Virus record (IMG/VR): IMGVR_UViG_3300025620_000004
Coordinates: 1-64,000 of that record
Strand: one strand, 5' to 3'
Length of the DNA stretch: 64,000 bases
DNA from: a virus
In this document: one piece after another, positions 28,201 to 38,600 of the stretch
Position numbering within the stretch: the first letter of the stretch is position 1
Layout: every line of letters starts with the position of its first letter
Notes under the pieces: generated by a model
What the model was told of the DNA's origin: nothing
Databases searched by the model: none
The model's input: only the letters and a program-made list of their open reading frames with translations
Translations under genes and position numbers: made by a program

Positions 28201-31200
28201 GAGGTAGACATAATCAAACGGTTAGTCAAGAATACGAATACTTACTTGGATATATCGTAGAACACAATTTACCCGAATATGAAAATCCTATGAGGGTAGG
28301 CAGGGACACAACTGAACTTTTATTTTCGGATTTAGTCCCAGACGACTATACAATAACGGTAAGAACAGTTAATGCGATAGATAATGTATCAGAAGCAATT
28401 AGTGTTCAAACAACTATAACTGATCGTTTCCAGGATGCTATACCCAGATTCCCCTTAGGTCTTCCCTATGGTGGTACGTCTAATGTTGCTATAAAAACCA
28501 TAAACAGTACTTCTGGCGATTCAGACTACGGATTATTTGAGTTGGCAAAAAGTGTTTACATCTTTAGTCCTGAACAAACAAACGGGTTCGGTATAAACCA
28601 GACTTCAACAGCAGCTTCTACATATCAACAAGATGTATCAGGAATTGCGGAAACAGCTGCAGTAGCTTCTTCAGAGTCTGGTACTTTTATTGACAGGCAT
28701 TATTATGTATCTTTAAACTCAGCTGTAGCCACTGATAACCTCACACTACTTAAATATAATAAAACACCAAATCACCGTGTTCCATATTGGTATGATGCGG
28801 GGAACGGTAGTAATACAACTGGTTTAACGAATCTTACAGGTACTATAAGTGTATCGGGTTCTACTGTTACAGGTTCTGGTACAAGTTTTACTTCTGAACT
28901 AGTAGTAGGAGCACTTCTACAAACAACATCTACTGCAGCAGCTATAGTTACCTCGGTAGTTAGTGACACAGCCGTTTATATTGATAGAATTTTACCAGAC
29001 GGATCGGGTATAACCGCTCAGACTAACAATCATAGATTTGATTTTGATAATGAAACTATTATAGCCAAAGTTTACGCTACAGATAATGGAGCAGCCAATA
29101 AAGTATTTTCGATGGAGCCTTATATGTCGTTGGACGCAAATGTCCAAGCACAACAAGGTGTTACCAGAACTCTATACTACAGAGCTACTAATAATGGAGC
29201 AGCCGGCACTATTAATACTACTACAGGTACTTTTGACGACCCTGCAACTGGAGCAGCCACAGGGTGGCAGTTAGCAAATCCTGGACTACAAGCCAATGGC
29301 GATATTATTTATGCTATAACTCGTATCTTTACCAACGATGGTCTAGCCCCTCAAGAGGCTAGTTGGTCAACCGCTTCTATTGTTGCAAGACGACAAGATG
29401 GTGCGGCAGGTAATGCTGCAAAAGTAGTATCTTTGCGCGCTAGTAAATCAGTTATAGAGTATGCTGCAGATGGTACTACTGGCTCAGGTCAAACTATTAC
29501 TTTAACTGCGGAATCAAAAAACTTCGATGATGGATACTTCAGGTTCACAGCAGATGATGGCTCTTTTACTACAATAGACTGGGTTGATGGTACTACCGCA
29601 AATACCAAAACAGCCACGTATAGTATACCTACAAGCTACAATGCAGACCCTATTACTTTTACTGTACAGGTTAAAGAGGGTAGCTCTGGCTCCGAAGAAG
29701 CTAGAGATGTTCTTACTATTCCTTCAATTAAGCCAGGTGTTGACGCAATAGATGCACTAACTGTAGTTATGACAAACGAAGCTCATGCAATTCCTAGAGC
29801 TTCGGCAACGGCTACACCTGACTTCACAGGCTCAGGAAATACTATTAGAGTCTTCGAGGGGACAACAGAACTAGACCACGATAATACAGGCACCGCTGCC
29901 AGTCATTATAAAGTTGTTACTACAGGCTCTACTAACTGTACTCCAGGTAATTTAACTGGTGAAGGTTCTAATGTTCTTTCGGCAACCTTTGACCAGATCA
30001 CGGGAATAACAGGAAATACGGCACTCGTAAAATATACTATAACAGGTAAGCGAGCAGACGGAACAGCTTTCTCCCTTGTTAGATTCCAGTCTTTAACTAG
30101 AACAACGGACGGAGCTCCTGGTAATCCCGCTGTAGATGAAAAAACAGTCATTGTATACAAGAAGTTTGCCGCAGGAGTATCAGCGCCTACAGCAATTACA
30201 TTTACTTCTGGCAATAATGCAACAGATCAAACCCACTCGAATCCTACAAATGAGCTAGACGGTTGGACTATTGCTTATCCTTCTATAAGTGTTGAAGGCG
30301 ATCGAGTTTATTCAGGACAAAGAACCTTCACATTAACTGGAGGCGATAGCTCTTGGACTTTCAACGGACTAGTTGCAGAAATAAAGACAGGGCCTAGAAC
30401 AGCTACAATACAGTTGCATTATTCTGCTGCTGTGACTGATGGAAGTACTCCTGCAAAGCCAACTACTTCCAATACTCACACATTTAATTTTGCAGCTAGT
30501 ACTTTTGGGACTATAAAAACAGGATGGCAGCATGGAGCACCAACGTATGCTTCGGGTAACTCTAATAAATACTACTACTCTTTTGCGACTATTACCGAGT
30601 CTTCTTTTGGAGGTTCTCAGACTATAACTTTCGGTAATACAACTCAAGCTATAGGATTCTCCGGCTTAGTTACCTTTACTTCAGCAGGTGTGTTAGAGGA
30701 CGACCAATATTCGATTACGCCTCTTACTACTCACCAAGATGTAAGTAGTTTTATGGAGGCAGCAGATGTCGCAGACCATATTGGTGGAGCCAACACCTCA
30801 ACTATTGATGGAGGTAAGATCAACGCAGGCAGCTCTGTTACAGTAGGAACTAGCGGAACTAACCGAGCAGGCTTATCAGGAGTAGGAACTGCAGAAACCG
30901 ATATTAGAGTTTTTTCGGGAGCAGCTTTTGCCAACAGAGCAACAGCACCTTTTAGAGTAACACAGGCAGGTGAATTTAGGTCTTCTACTGGTATTATAGG
31001 CGGATTTACGTTCGGTGATGATGCCATGACCACTAGCCAAGACACTATATTAAGACTTGGTTCTGATCTCGGAAATAACATAGATCAAAGTGTGACTTTA
31101 TCTTCCAGGTCTGAAGATGATTATGTTATTTATGCAGGTCATGCTCCTACAGATGATGATCCAGTGACTACAGACGCTCCTCCTCCTTTTGGTGTAGAAA

Positions 31201-32735
31201 AGAACGGTAATGTAACTATGCGGTCTTATCAGCTTACTGATACTGCAGGCGCTATTGTATTTGACTCAGAAAACTTATTAGGTGGACCCGTACTAGCTCA
31301 GATTCAGAACTTGGTAGGGAATTTTACAGATAGTGTTACTACCTCTATTCACGCTTCCGGTCATATCAAAGTAGAACTAGGGGCTGCTCAAAACGTACAA
31401 ATTGGTTATGAAGTACCTCTAGGAAATCCCTATGTGAGTGACGTATCTACAAGTGTAGCTGACGTTATGAATGCGTTACCTTCAGCCATTAAAGTAAATG
31501 TTGAGTACTCTACTAATAATGGAGCATCTTGGAGTTTATTTGGTGCTCAAACTTTTAGTAGACTATCTAGTACAGACGCCAATGCTACTACAAGCGCCTC
31601 TCAGTATCTTGTTCATGGAGATTCTTATGATGCTCGCTCGGGCGGTACCAGATACGTAGCACATATTGTTAGTAATAAAGGAGCAGTATCTGCAACAGGC
31701 GGCTTAAAAGGCACTATAACAGGTTCAGGAAATTTATCAGCAGGTACTTACTTATTTAGAATAGATGATACTTCAGGTACTTCCGGTAATTCAGGAATTG
31801 TATGGACTGCCGGGTCTTATACTGGCTATGGCTATACCTTCCATAAGTATGGTAGCGGCTCCTCGAACGACCCTGCTCAGGCTTTTGCAAAAAATGCAGA
31901 TAGAGTGTACATTGTAGGTTCTAGTTCTTCGACAGGAGGTACAGCAGGTGCTGGTTATACTATTAATACAAATACTAGTCCACCTCACGTTAAAGATTCT
32001 ACTTTTAATATAGAGTATATGCCTATTACAGGAGGTACTTTTACAGGTGCGCTTAACTGGGGAACAGACACTGCCAGCATAAACTATGGTAACTACGGTA
32101 CGGGTACTGATGTTTTTAGCGTGAATCTAGGTAGCAACTCTAACGGGATAGTATTTGGACTGAATGGTAATGCCTTGCAATTGCAGGACAATCTTAGTGC
32201 ACATCATTCATTTGATAATAATGGAGACATTAGGTTCACAGGAGACTTAAAACAGCTCGACGATGGAGATACTAAGATATCTTTCACCAACGACAAAATA
32301 AGTTTTCTAGCCGGTAATGCTACAATGATGGAGTTAGTTGAAGTAAGCACAGGATATGATTACGTTAGACTAGGAAATACTGGTGATGGCAATGATACCA
32401 TTACGTTTAATCTATCAGCAGGCTCAGGTGTCTTTACAGGAAATGTAACAGCTTACTCAGATATAAGTCTTAAAGAAAATATAGAAGTTATTGATAATGC
32501 CGTAGATAAAGTCAGTAAACTAAGAGGTGTTACTTTTGACCGAATCGATAAAGAAGCCATTCCCAGACAAACGGGACTTATCGCTCAAGAACTAGAAAAA
32601 GTGTTGCCTGAAGCTGTGGAAACTAATGAGCTATCAGGTATAAAGTCGGTAGCTTATGGCAATGTCGTAGGTCTTTTAGTAGAAGCAATTAAAGAACTCA
32701 AAGAAGAAATCGAAGAGTTAAAAAGGAGTAAATAA
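25215..32735 (+). CDS. central tail fibre / host-specificity protein (lambda gpJ-like) with C-terminal S74 chaperone
   Basis: DVISEGPI.GL, YSNNPAWIYYDILTNNRYGLG, GGLEPRF, AFGCTSEGQA.R.GKW; FN3-like segment; AYSDISLKENI...GLIAQELEKVLPEAV. Confidence 0.92.
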   Translation: MRHGGNGGGGAGTGNSGNSNPGGTGTSSNNAATISTSASDAQLVSITDVISEGPILGLVDGSASVFLNNDRIHEVSAAGQRVSHGPMTITLTNGSTSATINNATSTTPLTANASLGAQLLIRGGNLTETSVTSSYDTRHKVSLSTSSSTFTQTMVTAVGQRARPDSLVPGRIKPTGSSTTPDGLPIEGFIWRRVSGTEALWRSGAFGDYNDFRLDDATYKLELDKIVNINAGGINGSSITLASAWDGISGTYSWDKISVVNMDISEVGSRASQRVQGGTVNFRPGTLNQTPMRSGGETAISRTIGEQMEVGTARFLVGSGNCGLTEAQLLEVDKLRWRITYPAGFKAISGKGNDKTTYIRYRISIAIKEEGDSDFGGFTIIRNPLTHSGNYTNSKTFESDLNLERFRPFTDFKLKLERLDTDDDPGFKSVGQTYKDWTNVTAGSLTGVTSILNEKLNHPYTAMADVSFSTKQYQGIPQRTYDLYGKMVRVPSNYVTREEATNGVASYNRNTSTGVITSNYQDWDGDFRDELVYSNNPAWIYYDILTNNRYGLGSFIKEVDIDKYALYRVARYCDGLVPDGKGGLEPRFTLNTYLTKGANSYKVLKDLATNFLGLLYYLDGQLYTSLDAPAAPVYTFNKTNVIDGTFSYESSSEKTRSNQIIVNWNDPTKDYKMEPLIVEDERNIVNTGRIISETAVAFGCTSEGQATRYGKWKLWTAANQKEIATFSASLEGAFVAPGDIINIQDADRYAVRLGGRVSNTGTLSTTTIPLDSTVLLNSGSTYTLSLVYPKPAAFTREAVTISGVSYEAGDLIHQAYVDGSLTVIDTKEKSVNAKVSASSGAEPLTLDFNANLRTETKDITSSQIGSSVTSITVTSAFTEAPTRESLWVLQETKTGLQVKGSKKEYKVLSISENSGNVYDITCIEHYDSKWTSVEEDFTTYIQGDLEPSLLSTDVVPPVENLIARSHGRDNGTAHETLLVSWDPPGAGQAYVRNSTGGRHNQTVSQEYEYLLGYIVEHNLPEYENPMRVGRDTTELLFSDLVPDDYTITVRTVNAIDNVSEAISVQTTITDRFQDAIPRFPLGLPYGGTSNVAIKTINSTSGDSDYGLFELAKSVYIFSPEQTNGFGINQTSTAASTYQQDVSGIAETAAVASSESGTFIDRHYYVSLNSAVATDNLTLLKYNKTPNHRVPYWYDAGNGSNTTGLTNLTGTISVSGSTVTGSGTSFTSELVVGALLQTTSTAAAIVTSVVSDTAVYIDRILPDGSGITAQTNNHRFDFDNETIIAKVYATDNGAANKVFSMEPYMSLDANVQAQQGVTRTLYYRATNNGAAGTINTTTGTFDDPATGAATGWQLANPGLQANGDIIYAITRIFTNDGLAPQEASWSTASIVARRQDGAAGNAAKVVSLRASKSVIEYAADGTTGSGQTITLTAESKNFDDGYFRFTADDGSFTTIDWVDGTTANTKTATYSIPTSYNADPITFTVQVKEGSSGSEEARDVLTIPSIKPGVDAIDALTVVMTNEAHAIPRASATATPDFTGSGNTIRVFEGTTELDHDNTGTAASHYKVVTTGSTNCTPGNLTGEGSNVLSATFDQITGITGNTALVKYTITGKRADGTAFSLVRFQSLTRTTDGAPGNPAVDEKTVIVYKKFAAGVSAPTAITFTSGNNATDQTHSNPTNELDGWTIAYPSISVEGDRVYSGQRTFTLTGGDSSWTFNGLVAEIKTGPRTATIQLHYSAAVTDGSTPAKPTTSNTHTFNFAASTFGTIKTGWQHGAPTYASGNSNKYYYSFATITESSFGGSQTITFGNTTQAIGFSGLVTFTSAGVLEDDQYSITPLTTHQDVSSFMEAADVADHIGGANTSTIDGGKINAGSSVTVGTSGTNRAGLSGVGTAETDIRVFSGAAFANRATAPFRVTQAGEFRSSTGIIGGFTFGDDAMTTSQDTILRLGSDLGNNIDQSVTLSSRSEDDYVIYAGHAPTDDDPVTTDAPPPFGVEKNGNVTMRSYQLTDTAGAIVFDSENLLGGPVLAQIQNLVGNFTDSVTTSIHASGHIKVELGAAQNVQIGYEVPLGNPYVSDVSTSVADVMNALPSAIKVNVEYSTNNGASWSLFGAQTFSRLSSTDANATTSASQYLVHGDSYDARSGGTRYVAHIVSNKGAVSATGGLKGTITGSGNLSAGTYLFRIDDTSGTSGNSGIVWTAGSYTGYGYTFHKYGSGSSNDPAQAFAKNADRVYIVGSSSSTGGTAGAGYTINTNTSPPHVKDSTFNIEYMPITGGTFTGALNWGTDTASINYGNYGTGTDVFSVNLGSNSNGIVFGLNGNALQLQDNLSAHHSFDNNGDIRFTGDLKQLDDGDTKISFTNDKISFLAGNATMMELVEVSTGYDYVRLGNTGDGNDTITFNLSAGSGVFTGNVTAYSDISLKENIEVIDNAVDKVSKLRGVTFDRIDKEAIPRQTGLIAQELEKVLPEAVETNELSGIKSVAYGNVVGLLVEAIKELKEEIEELKRSK

Positions 32736-33349
32736 TGGCACTACCAGCGGCAGGGAATAGTCTATCTTTAAATCAAATTCATATAGAGGCAGGAGGTACT
32801 TCTGGTACCACTTGCTCTTTAAATGATAGCGACATTAGAGGGCTAACACCCGGGTCAGGTTATACTATCCCTACAGGAGATCAAACTGCTATTGATATTG
32901 GTGATTTTTTCGAGGCATCTTCAACTAATCCTAATATACATACTTTAACAGCAGGTTTCCAACAAACTACATTTAGCTCCAGGTCGGGAGGCTCTTCTAC
33001 ATATACAAACTACTACGGATATATGCCTTTTTATGGCAGCCCGACTTCGCAGAACGGTACTTTAAGTCCTACTACTTTTGCTCTGAAAAGCGGAGCGACT
33101 ATTTTAGGAATCTACAAAAACACTAGCACCGCCAGCACGAGCCTTAATAATAAGTTATTTTTAAGAGTAAATGGTGCACAAGCAAATAGTGGATGGACTT
33201 CTATGAATATTGTTCAGGGTTCTTTAAATCTGACTTTTTATAGGACTTCTGCCACCCATGTGTCTGGTGCTAGTTACTCATATTGGCAGTGGTCTACTAC
33301 CGCCTCCCTATTCCCCAACGGAACAAGTTCGACAATTACTTTTGCATAG
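32735..33349 (+). CDS. putative receptor-binding adhesin at fibre tip
   Basis: MALPAAG.SLSLNQIHIEAG...SLND.DIRGL...I.IGDFF N-terminal module typical after S74-type fibres; aromatic/Ser/Gly-rich C-domain. Confidence 0.6.
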   Translation: MALPAAGNSLSLNQIHIEAGGTSGTTCSLNDSDIRGLTPGSGYTIPTGDQTAIDIGDFFEASSTNPNIHTLTAGFQQTTFSSRSGGSSTYTNYYGYMPFYGSPTSQNGTLSPTTFALKSGATILGIYKNTSTASTSLNNKLFLRVNGAQANSGWTSMNIVQGSLNLTFYRTSATHVSGASYSYWQWSTTASLFPNGTSSTITFA

Positions 33350-33358
33350 GAAAATATA

Positions 33359-33598
33359 ATGATTGAATATACAACAAGAACAGAAGATTCTGTAGTCTTT
33401 GCTTGCTTCACACATGAAGGGTTAAACTTAGAAGTACCTATAACCGATATAGAAGAGGAGCAGGTACAAGCTTTTTTAGCTTTTACATTAGATGATATAA
33501 AGAATACTCTAGCACAAGACGAGTTTTTAGAAGATGAAGAAAATCAAGAAAAAGGATTTTGGTGGAATGACTACGAAAATAGAGTAGACTGGGAATAA
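33359..33598 (+). CDS. acidic hypothetical protein
   Basis: 79-aa ORF with AGGA RBS. Confidence 0.6.
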   Translation: MIEYTTRTEDSVVFACFTHEGLNLEVPITDIEEEQVQAFLAFTLDDIKNTLAQDEFLEDEENQEKGFWWNDYENRVDWE

Positions 33599-33616
33599 CC
33601 ATGAAAAAAATAATTC

Positions 33617-33645
33617 TTGACATAACACCCCAAGTTAGCTATAAT
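33617..33645 (+). promoter_or_regulatory. late-region sigma70 promoter (fibre operon)
   Basis: AAAAAAATAATTC-TTGACA-17-TATAAT. Confidence 0.85.
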
Positions 33646-33665
33646 TCTGTAATGGAGGAAATCAA

Positions 33666-34004
33666 ATGAGTGCAGCCCGCTACAACCTAGTTATTGACCA
33701 AGGTTCCGACTTTGCCATTAACTTTACTGTTAAAGACAACGGATCAGTTAAAAACCTGACAGGCTATTCTGCGCGTGCTCAAATGAGAACTTCAAAGACA
33801 GCTTCCTCAGTTGCGGCTACTTTTAATTGCGCTATTAATACTCCAGCAAACGGAACAATTACAATGTCTTTAGCAAATTCAGTGAGCAGCCCGTTAACCG
33901 CAGGTACTTACGTTTATGATTTAGAAATCTTCACCGCTAACAATGCCAGTGTAACTAGATTAATTCAAGGGTCTGTAGACCTCACTCAAGAGGTTACCCG
34001 ATAA
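33666..34004 (+). CDS. fibre collar/adaptor protein (BppU-N/LtfC-like Ig fold)
   Basis: NLVIDQGSDF, NLTGYSARAQMR, GTYVYDLEI, RLIQG.V. Confidence 0.7.
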   Translation: MSAARYNLVIDQGSDFAINFTVKDNGSVKNLTGYSARAQMRTSKTASSVAATFNCAINTPANGTITMSLANSVSSPLTAGTYVYDLEIFTANNASVTRLIQGSVDLTQEVTR

Positions 34005-34369
34005 TGGCAATTACAATTACCGCAACGCCTATACAGAACGGCATCGAAGTTACGGGTGGAAGTACAACTATTACCGCAGCAGGAGTAGCTATTGCAAATA
34101 CTAATGCAACAGCAATGGGTATTTCCAGTGTATCAGGTTTAAGTGCTACAAACGTGCAGACTGCTATTGAAGAACTTGCAGGTTCTACGTTCCAACAAGA
34201 CAACACACCAACGGGGTCTCAAGTCAATGAAGGGGACACATGGTACGATACAGATGATAATCAATATAAAATATATCGCGAGACAAGCACCGGAGTATAT
34301 CAGTGGGTACCTATAATGGTAGGTTCAGCCTCTGGAGATTCTGATACACTTGACGCAGGAGCCTTTTAA
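34004..34369 (+). CDS. small fibre adaptor protein
   Basis: GLSATNVQTAIEEL, EGDTWYDT...KIY...W, ends LDAGAF. Confidence 0.65.
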   Translation: MAITITATPIQNGIEVTGGSTTITAAGVAIANTNATAMGISSVSGLSATNVQTAIEELAGSTFQQDNTPTGSQVNEGDTWYDTDDNQYKIYRETSTGVYQWVPIMVGSASGDSDTLDAGAF

Positions 34370-34390
34370 GGCTAATCCCGGAGATCCTAA

Positions 34391-35419
34391 ATGGCTCAAA
34401 CAATTCAAATCAAGCGTAGTACTAGTACTACAACCCCCTCAAGCCTTACTGCAGGTGAATTAGCATATTCAGGTAAGTCAGACAGTAATAAACTATTTAT
34501 CGGACACCCCGACGGCACTACAGGTGTTGTTGCTATTGGTGGTCAATATTACACAGGCATTATTGATGGTGCCGCAAGTGCGAACACTGCAAGTAAATTA
34601 GTACTGCGAGACGGTTCAGGAAACTTCAGTGCTGGTACAATTACAGCTACTTTAACAGGTGATGTTACTGGTAACGCAGATACTGCCACAGCTCTTGCTT
34701 CAGGCAGAACGATTGCAATCACAGGGGACTTAGCGTATACTTCTCCTAGCTTTACAGGTGCTGGCAATGTTACCGCAGCAGGTACTCTTGCAACAGTAAA
34801 CTCAGACGTAGGATCTTATGGTACTGCAACGGCAATTCCTGCAATCACTGTAAATGCAAAAGGTCTTGTTACAGCGGTTAGTACTAATAGTATTTCTTCT
34901 AGTTTTACTCTAGCGGCAGACAGCGGCACCAACGATACTTTCAATAATGGTGAAACTTTAACACTTACAGGCGGAACAGGTGTTGCCACAACTGTTAGTA
35001 ACAATGCGGTTTCTTTTGCAATCGGACAGGCAGTTGCTACCACCTCTAATGTAACATTCAATAATGTTCAGGTAGACGGTACTCTAACTTCTGATGACAT
35101 TACTTCTACAAATATCTCGGTTGCTGGTAATGCTACAATTACGGGTAATCTTACAGTTGAAGGTACTACAACTACTGTTGATTCTACTACTGTTGCCATT
35201 GGTGATAACATCATGGTTCTTAACAAAGACGAAACAGGTACTCCTTCTGCAAATGCTGGTATCGAAGTTGAACGAGGAACTGCGACAAATGTATCGCTTC
35301 TTTGGAACGAAGGCAACGATAACTGGACTGTGAGCAATGGAAGTGCAACTTCCGTAATATTAACTGCCGCAAACTTTGGAAGCACTTATACAGGTGCAAT
35401 TGACGGCGGTACATTCTAA
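34391..35419 (+). CDS. tail fibre shaft protein (Mtd_N-like N-terminus)
   Basis: IQIKRS...P..L.AGELA; RDGSGNFSAG, TVNAKGLVTA, GNLTVEGTTT, AGIEVERG fibre motifs; ends IDGGTF. Confidence 0.8.
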   Translation: MAQTIQIKRSTSTTTPSSLTAGELAYSGKSDSNKLFIGHPDGTTGVVAIGGQYYTGIIDGAASANTASKLVLRDGSGNFSAGTITATLTGDVTGNADTATALASGRTIAITGDLAYTSPSFTGAGNVTAAGTLATVNSDVGSYGTATAIPAITVNAKGLVTAVSTNSISSSFTLAADSGTNDTFNNGETLTLTGGTGVATTVSNNAVSFAIGQAVATTSNVTFNNVQVDGTLTSDDITSTNISVAGNATITGNLTVEGTTTTVDSTTVAIGDNIMVLNKDETGTPSANAGIEVERGTATNVSLLWNEGNDNWTVSNGSATSVILTAANFGSTYTGAIDGGTF

Positions 35420-35467
35420 AATAAATTTTAATCTCTAGCGTATATACGCAAGTTATAGGAGAGCCAC

Positions 35468-35698
35468 ATGGCACAAACGATCAAATTAAAGCGCTCGTCT
35501 ACGGCGGGCTCTATTCCTACTCATTCACAACTAGAGTTAGGCGAAGTTGCTATCAATACTGCGGACGGTCGTATGTATATGAAAGACGGAGCTAACGCCA
35601 TTGTCTGGGTAAATAAAACTTCTGAAATTACAGGAACCACTCCGCAAGCATCGGACGGAACAAATAAGCCCGTAGGGTATGTTTGGTATGTAGTCTAA
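35468..35698 (+). CDS. small fibre adaptor (Mtd_N-like)
   Basis: IKLKRSS..GSIP....L..GEVAINTADGRMYMK; AGGAG RBS. Confidence 0.75.
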   Translation: MAQTIKLKRSSTAGSIPTHSQLELGEVAINTADGRMYMKDGANAIVWVNKTSEITGTTPQASDGTNKPVGYVWYVV

Positions 35699-35699
35699 G

Positions 35700-38600
35700 A
35701 TGACTATTAAGGTTTGGAATGGTTCCGCAGTACAAGAACCAGAGCAAATAGTAGTTAAAGCTGCAGCGGGAACGTTGCGGTTTGTAAACTATGTCGTACA
35801 GAAAGTTACAGATGGAAGTCTGAATACTGTATGGAATGCTATTTACAATACAAGCCGATCTACCGATACCTCTAGAAGCTCTACAACTACTTTTACGACT
35901 ACCTTTGACACTAGTGCAAGTACCAATATTAATACTACTACGGGATTTGATACAATCAGAGGTACTACCAGAAGCACAAGTAGCACGTTTACTACTGCGT
36001 ATGATACTTCTGCTGTTACTTCCAAGTCTACTACTACCGCTTACAGTACCACATTCGGTACAACTGCAAGTACAACCACTACTTATGTGAGTAACTTCGA
36101 TACAACTCGTGGTACTACAGTAAATACCACTACCTCTTTCAATACTACTTTTGCTACATCGAAAGATACTACTACTGCGTTTACCACTACTTTTGACACT
36201 GCTACTAGTGTGGCTACTACTACTGCGTTTACAACAACGTTTGAGACTACTCGCGCCACTGCGGTAGATACCACCACTACATTTACTACGACTTTCGCAA
36301 CTAGTAAAACAACTAATACAGTATTTACTACTACGTTTAATACTACTACTACTCGTACTACCACTACTGCGTATACGACTACTTTCAACACGAGTAAAAC
36401 TACTCTACGAAATACCACGACCACGTACACTACTAGCTTTAATACTACAAAAAGCACTGTTACTACGTTCAATACTGAATTTGCTACAGGTACGAGCAGA
36501 GCTACCACAACCACGTATACTACTACGTTTAACACTACTAGATCTACCACGATAGATACTACTACTGCTTATACTACGACTTTTAATACTACTCGATCTA
36601 CAACGATAGATACGACTACTACGTTTAATACTACGACTACTCGTAGTACTACGACTACGTATACAACTAATTTTAATACTTCAAGAGGTACTTCTAAGTC
36701 TACTACTGTAAACACTACTACGACTTTTGATACTTCTCGAAGCACTTCTAAATCTACAACTACTGTATTCAATACTCAGACTTCAAGAGGTACAGATAGA
36801 GCAACCACTACGACCTTTAATACTTCTCGAAGCACAAGCAGGGGCACCAGTAAGTCTACCACTACTACATTCCTAACAGGAACCTCACGTAGTACAACAA
36901 CAGCTTTTGTTACTCAAACAAGTAAGTCAACCTCCAGAGCAACAACGTCTGTATACGATACTAGTAGAGGTACTTCCCGAGTTACTAGTAAAGCCACTAC
37001 TACTGCTTTTGCTACGGGTACAAGCCGAAGCACTACTACAGCATATGCTACGTCGAGAGGCACAAGTCGTGCTACCAGTAGAGGTACTACTACAGTATTC
37101 GGAACAACTACAAGCCGAGGAACAACGACAGCCTTTAACACGACGACTACTTTTACTACAACTCGTGCCTCCAACACTGTATATGCCACAAGCAGAACTA
37201 CCGGTACTTCGAGAAGCACAACAACAGCTTTTGCTACCGCTACAAGTCGAAGCACTGGAGAAAGTAGAAGCACAACTACTACGTTTAATACAAGTAGAGG
37301 TACAACTTTTGGTACCACTACTGTATTTGTTACAGCTACTTCAAGAGGTACTGGCGAAAGTAGGGGTACTACTACGAGTCGAGGAACGGCTACGAGTCGT
37401 ACAACATCTTTCAATACCACTACTTCTTTTGGTACTACGACTGCGTATACTACTACAAGTTCATTTACTACAACTTTTGCTACCACGACTGCATACACAA
37501 CTACAACTGCATTTACCACAACTTTTAGTACCACGACTGCGTATACAACTACAACCTCGTTTACGACTGCATTCGGCACTACTACAGCGTACACAACTAC
37601 TACTTCGTATACAACTACTACTACATTTGGTACTACTACTGCATATACTACATACTATACAGCTAGTACGAGCAGAGGTACTACTACGTCTCGTGGTACG
37701 TCTCGTGGTACGTCTCGTGGTACAAGCCGAAGCACTACTACTGCCTTTGTGGGGCAGACTGCCTATGCTAGTTTAGTAGTACGAACTACTACGTTTACTA
37801 CGTATTATAATACCGCGTATACTACATACTACTATTCTCGTAGCCATACAAGCAGGGGTACTTTAAGAGCAACCAGTAGAAGCACAAGTAGAACTACCAC
37901 ATTCTATCAAGATGTAAGACATGATACGGCAAAAAGTCGAGGAACAACCACTGCTTTCACTACTAGTTATACTACCTACTGGAGTACAACTTTTGGTACT
38001 ACCACTACTTTCGGTACTGCGAAAAGTCGCGCAACAAGCCGTAGTACTGCTACAAGTAGAGGTACAGGAGAATCTCGAGGAACAGGGGAGTCCAGGAGCA
38101 CTACTACTTCTCGCGGTACAAATAGAGCAACAGCAGAATCTAGAGGCACTGCTACAAGCAGAGGCACTTCTAGAGCAACAGCAGAATCCAGAAGTACTGC
38201 TACAAGCAGAGGCACTTCTAGAGGTACAGGAGAGTCCAGAAGCACTACTACAAGCAGGGCAACAGGAACTAGTCGTACAACTACATTTACTACAACTACT
38301 TCTTTCGGTACAACCACAGCGTATACAACAACTACTACGTTTGGCACTGCCACAAGTAGAGGTACTACTACGAGTCGTACTACTACGTTCGGAACCAATA
38401 GAAGTACAACTACAGCGTATACAACAACTACTACGTTTAATACAATTACCAGTAAAGCTACTACTACTGCTTTTGGTACGACTACTACTTTTGACACAAG
38501 TAAGAGTACTACCACAACCTATAACACAAATAGGGCAACAGGAACGAGTCGAGGTACTACTACTGCTTTTGTTACAGCAACGAGTAAAAGTACAACCACA

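Noticed and set aside
35438-35449. 12-bp perfect palindrome GCGTATATACGC upstream of the 76-aa adaptor gene
   Set aside because: Single occurrence noticed, no T-tract; cannot be distinguished from chance.
37684-37725. 12-bp tandem repeat (TACGTCTCGTGG x3) and other short repeats, considered as CRISPR, VNTR or DGR repeats
   Set aside because: In-frame coding repeats (TSRG); no unique spacers, cas genes or reverse transcriptase in the window.
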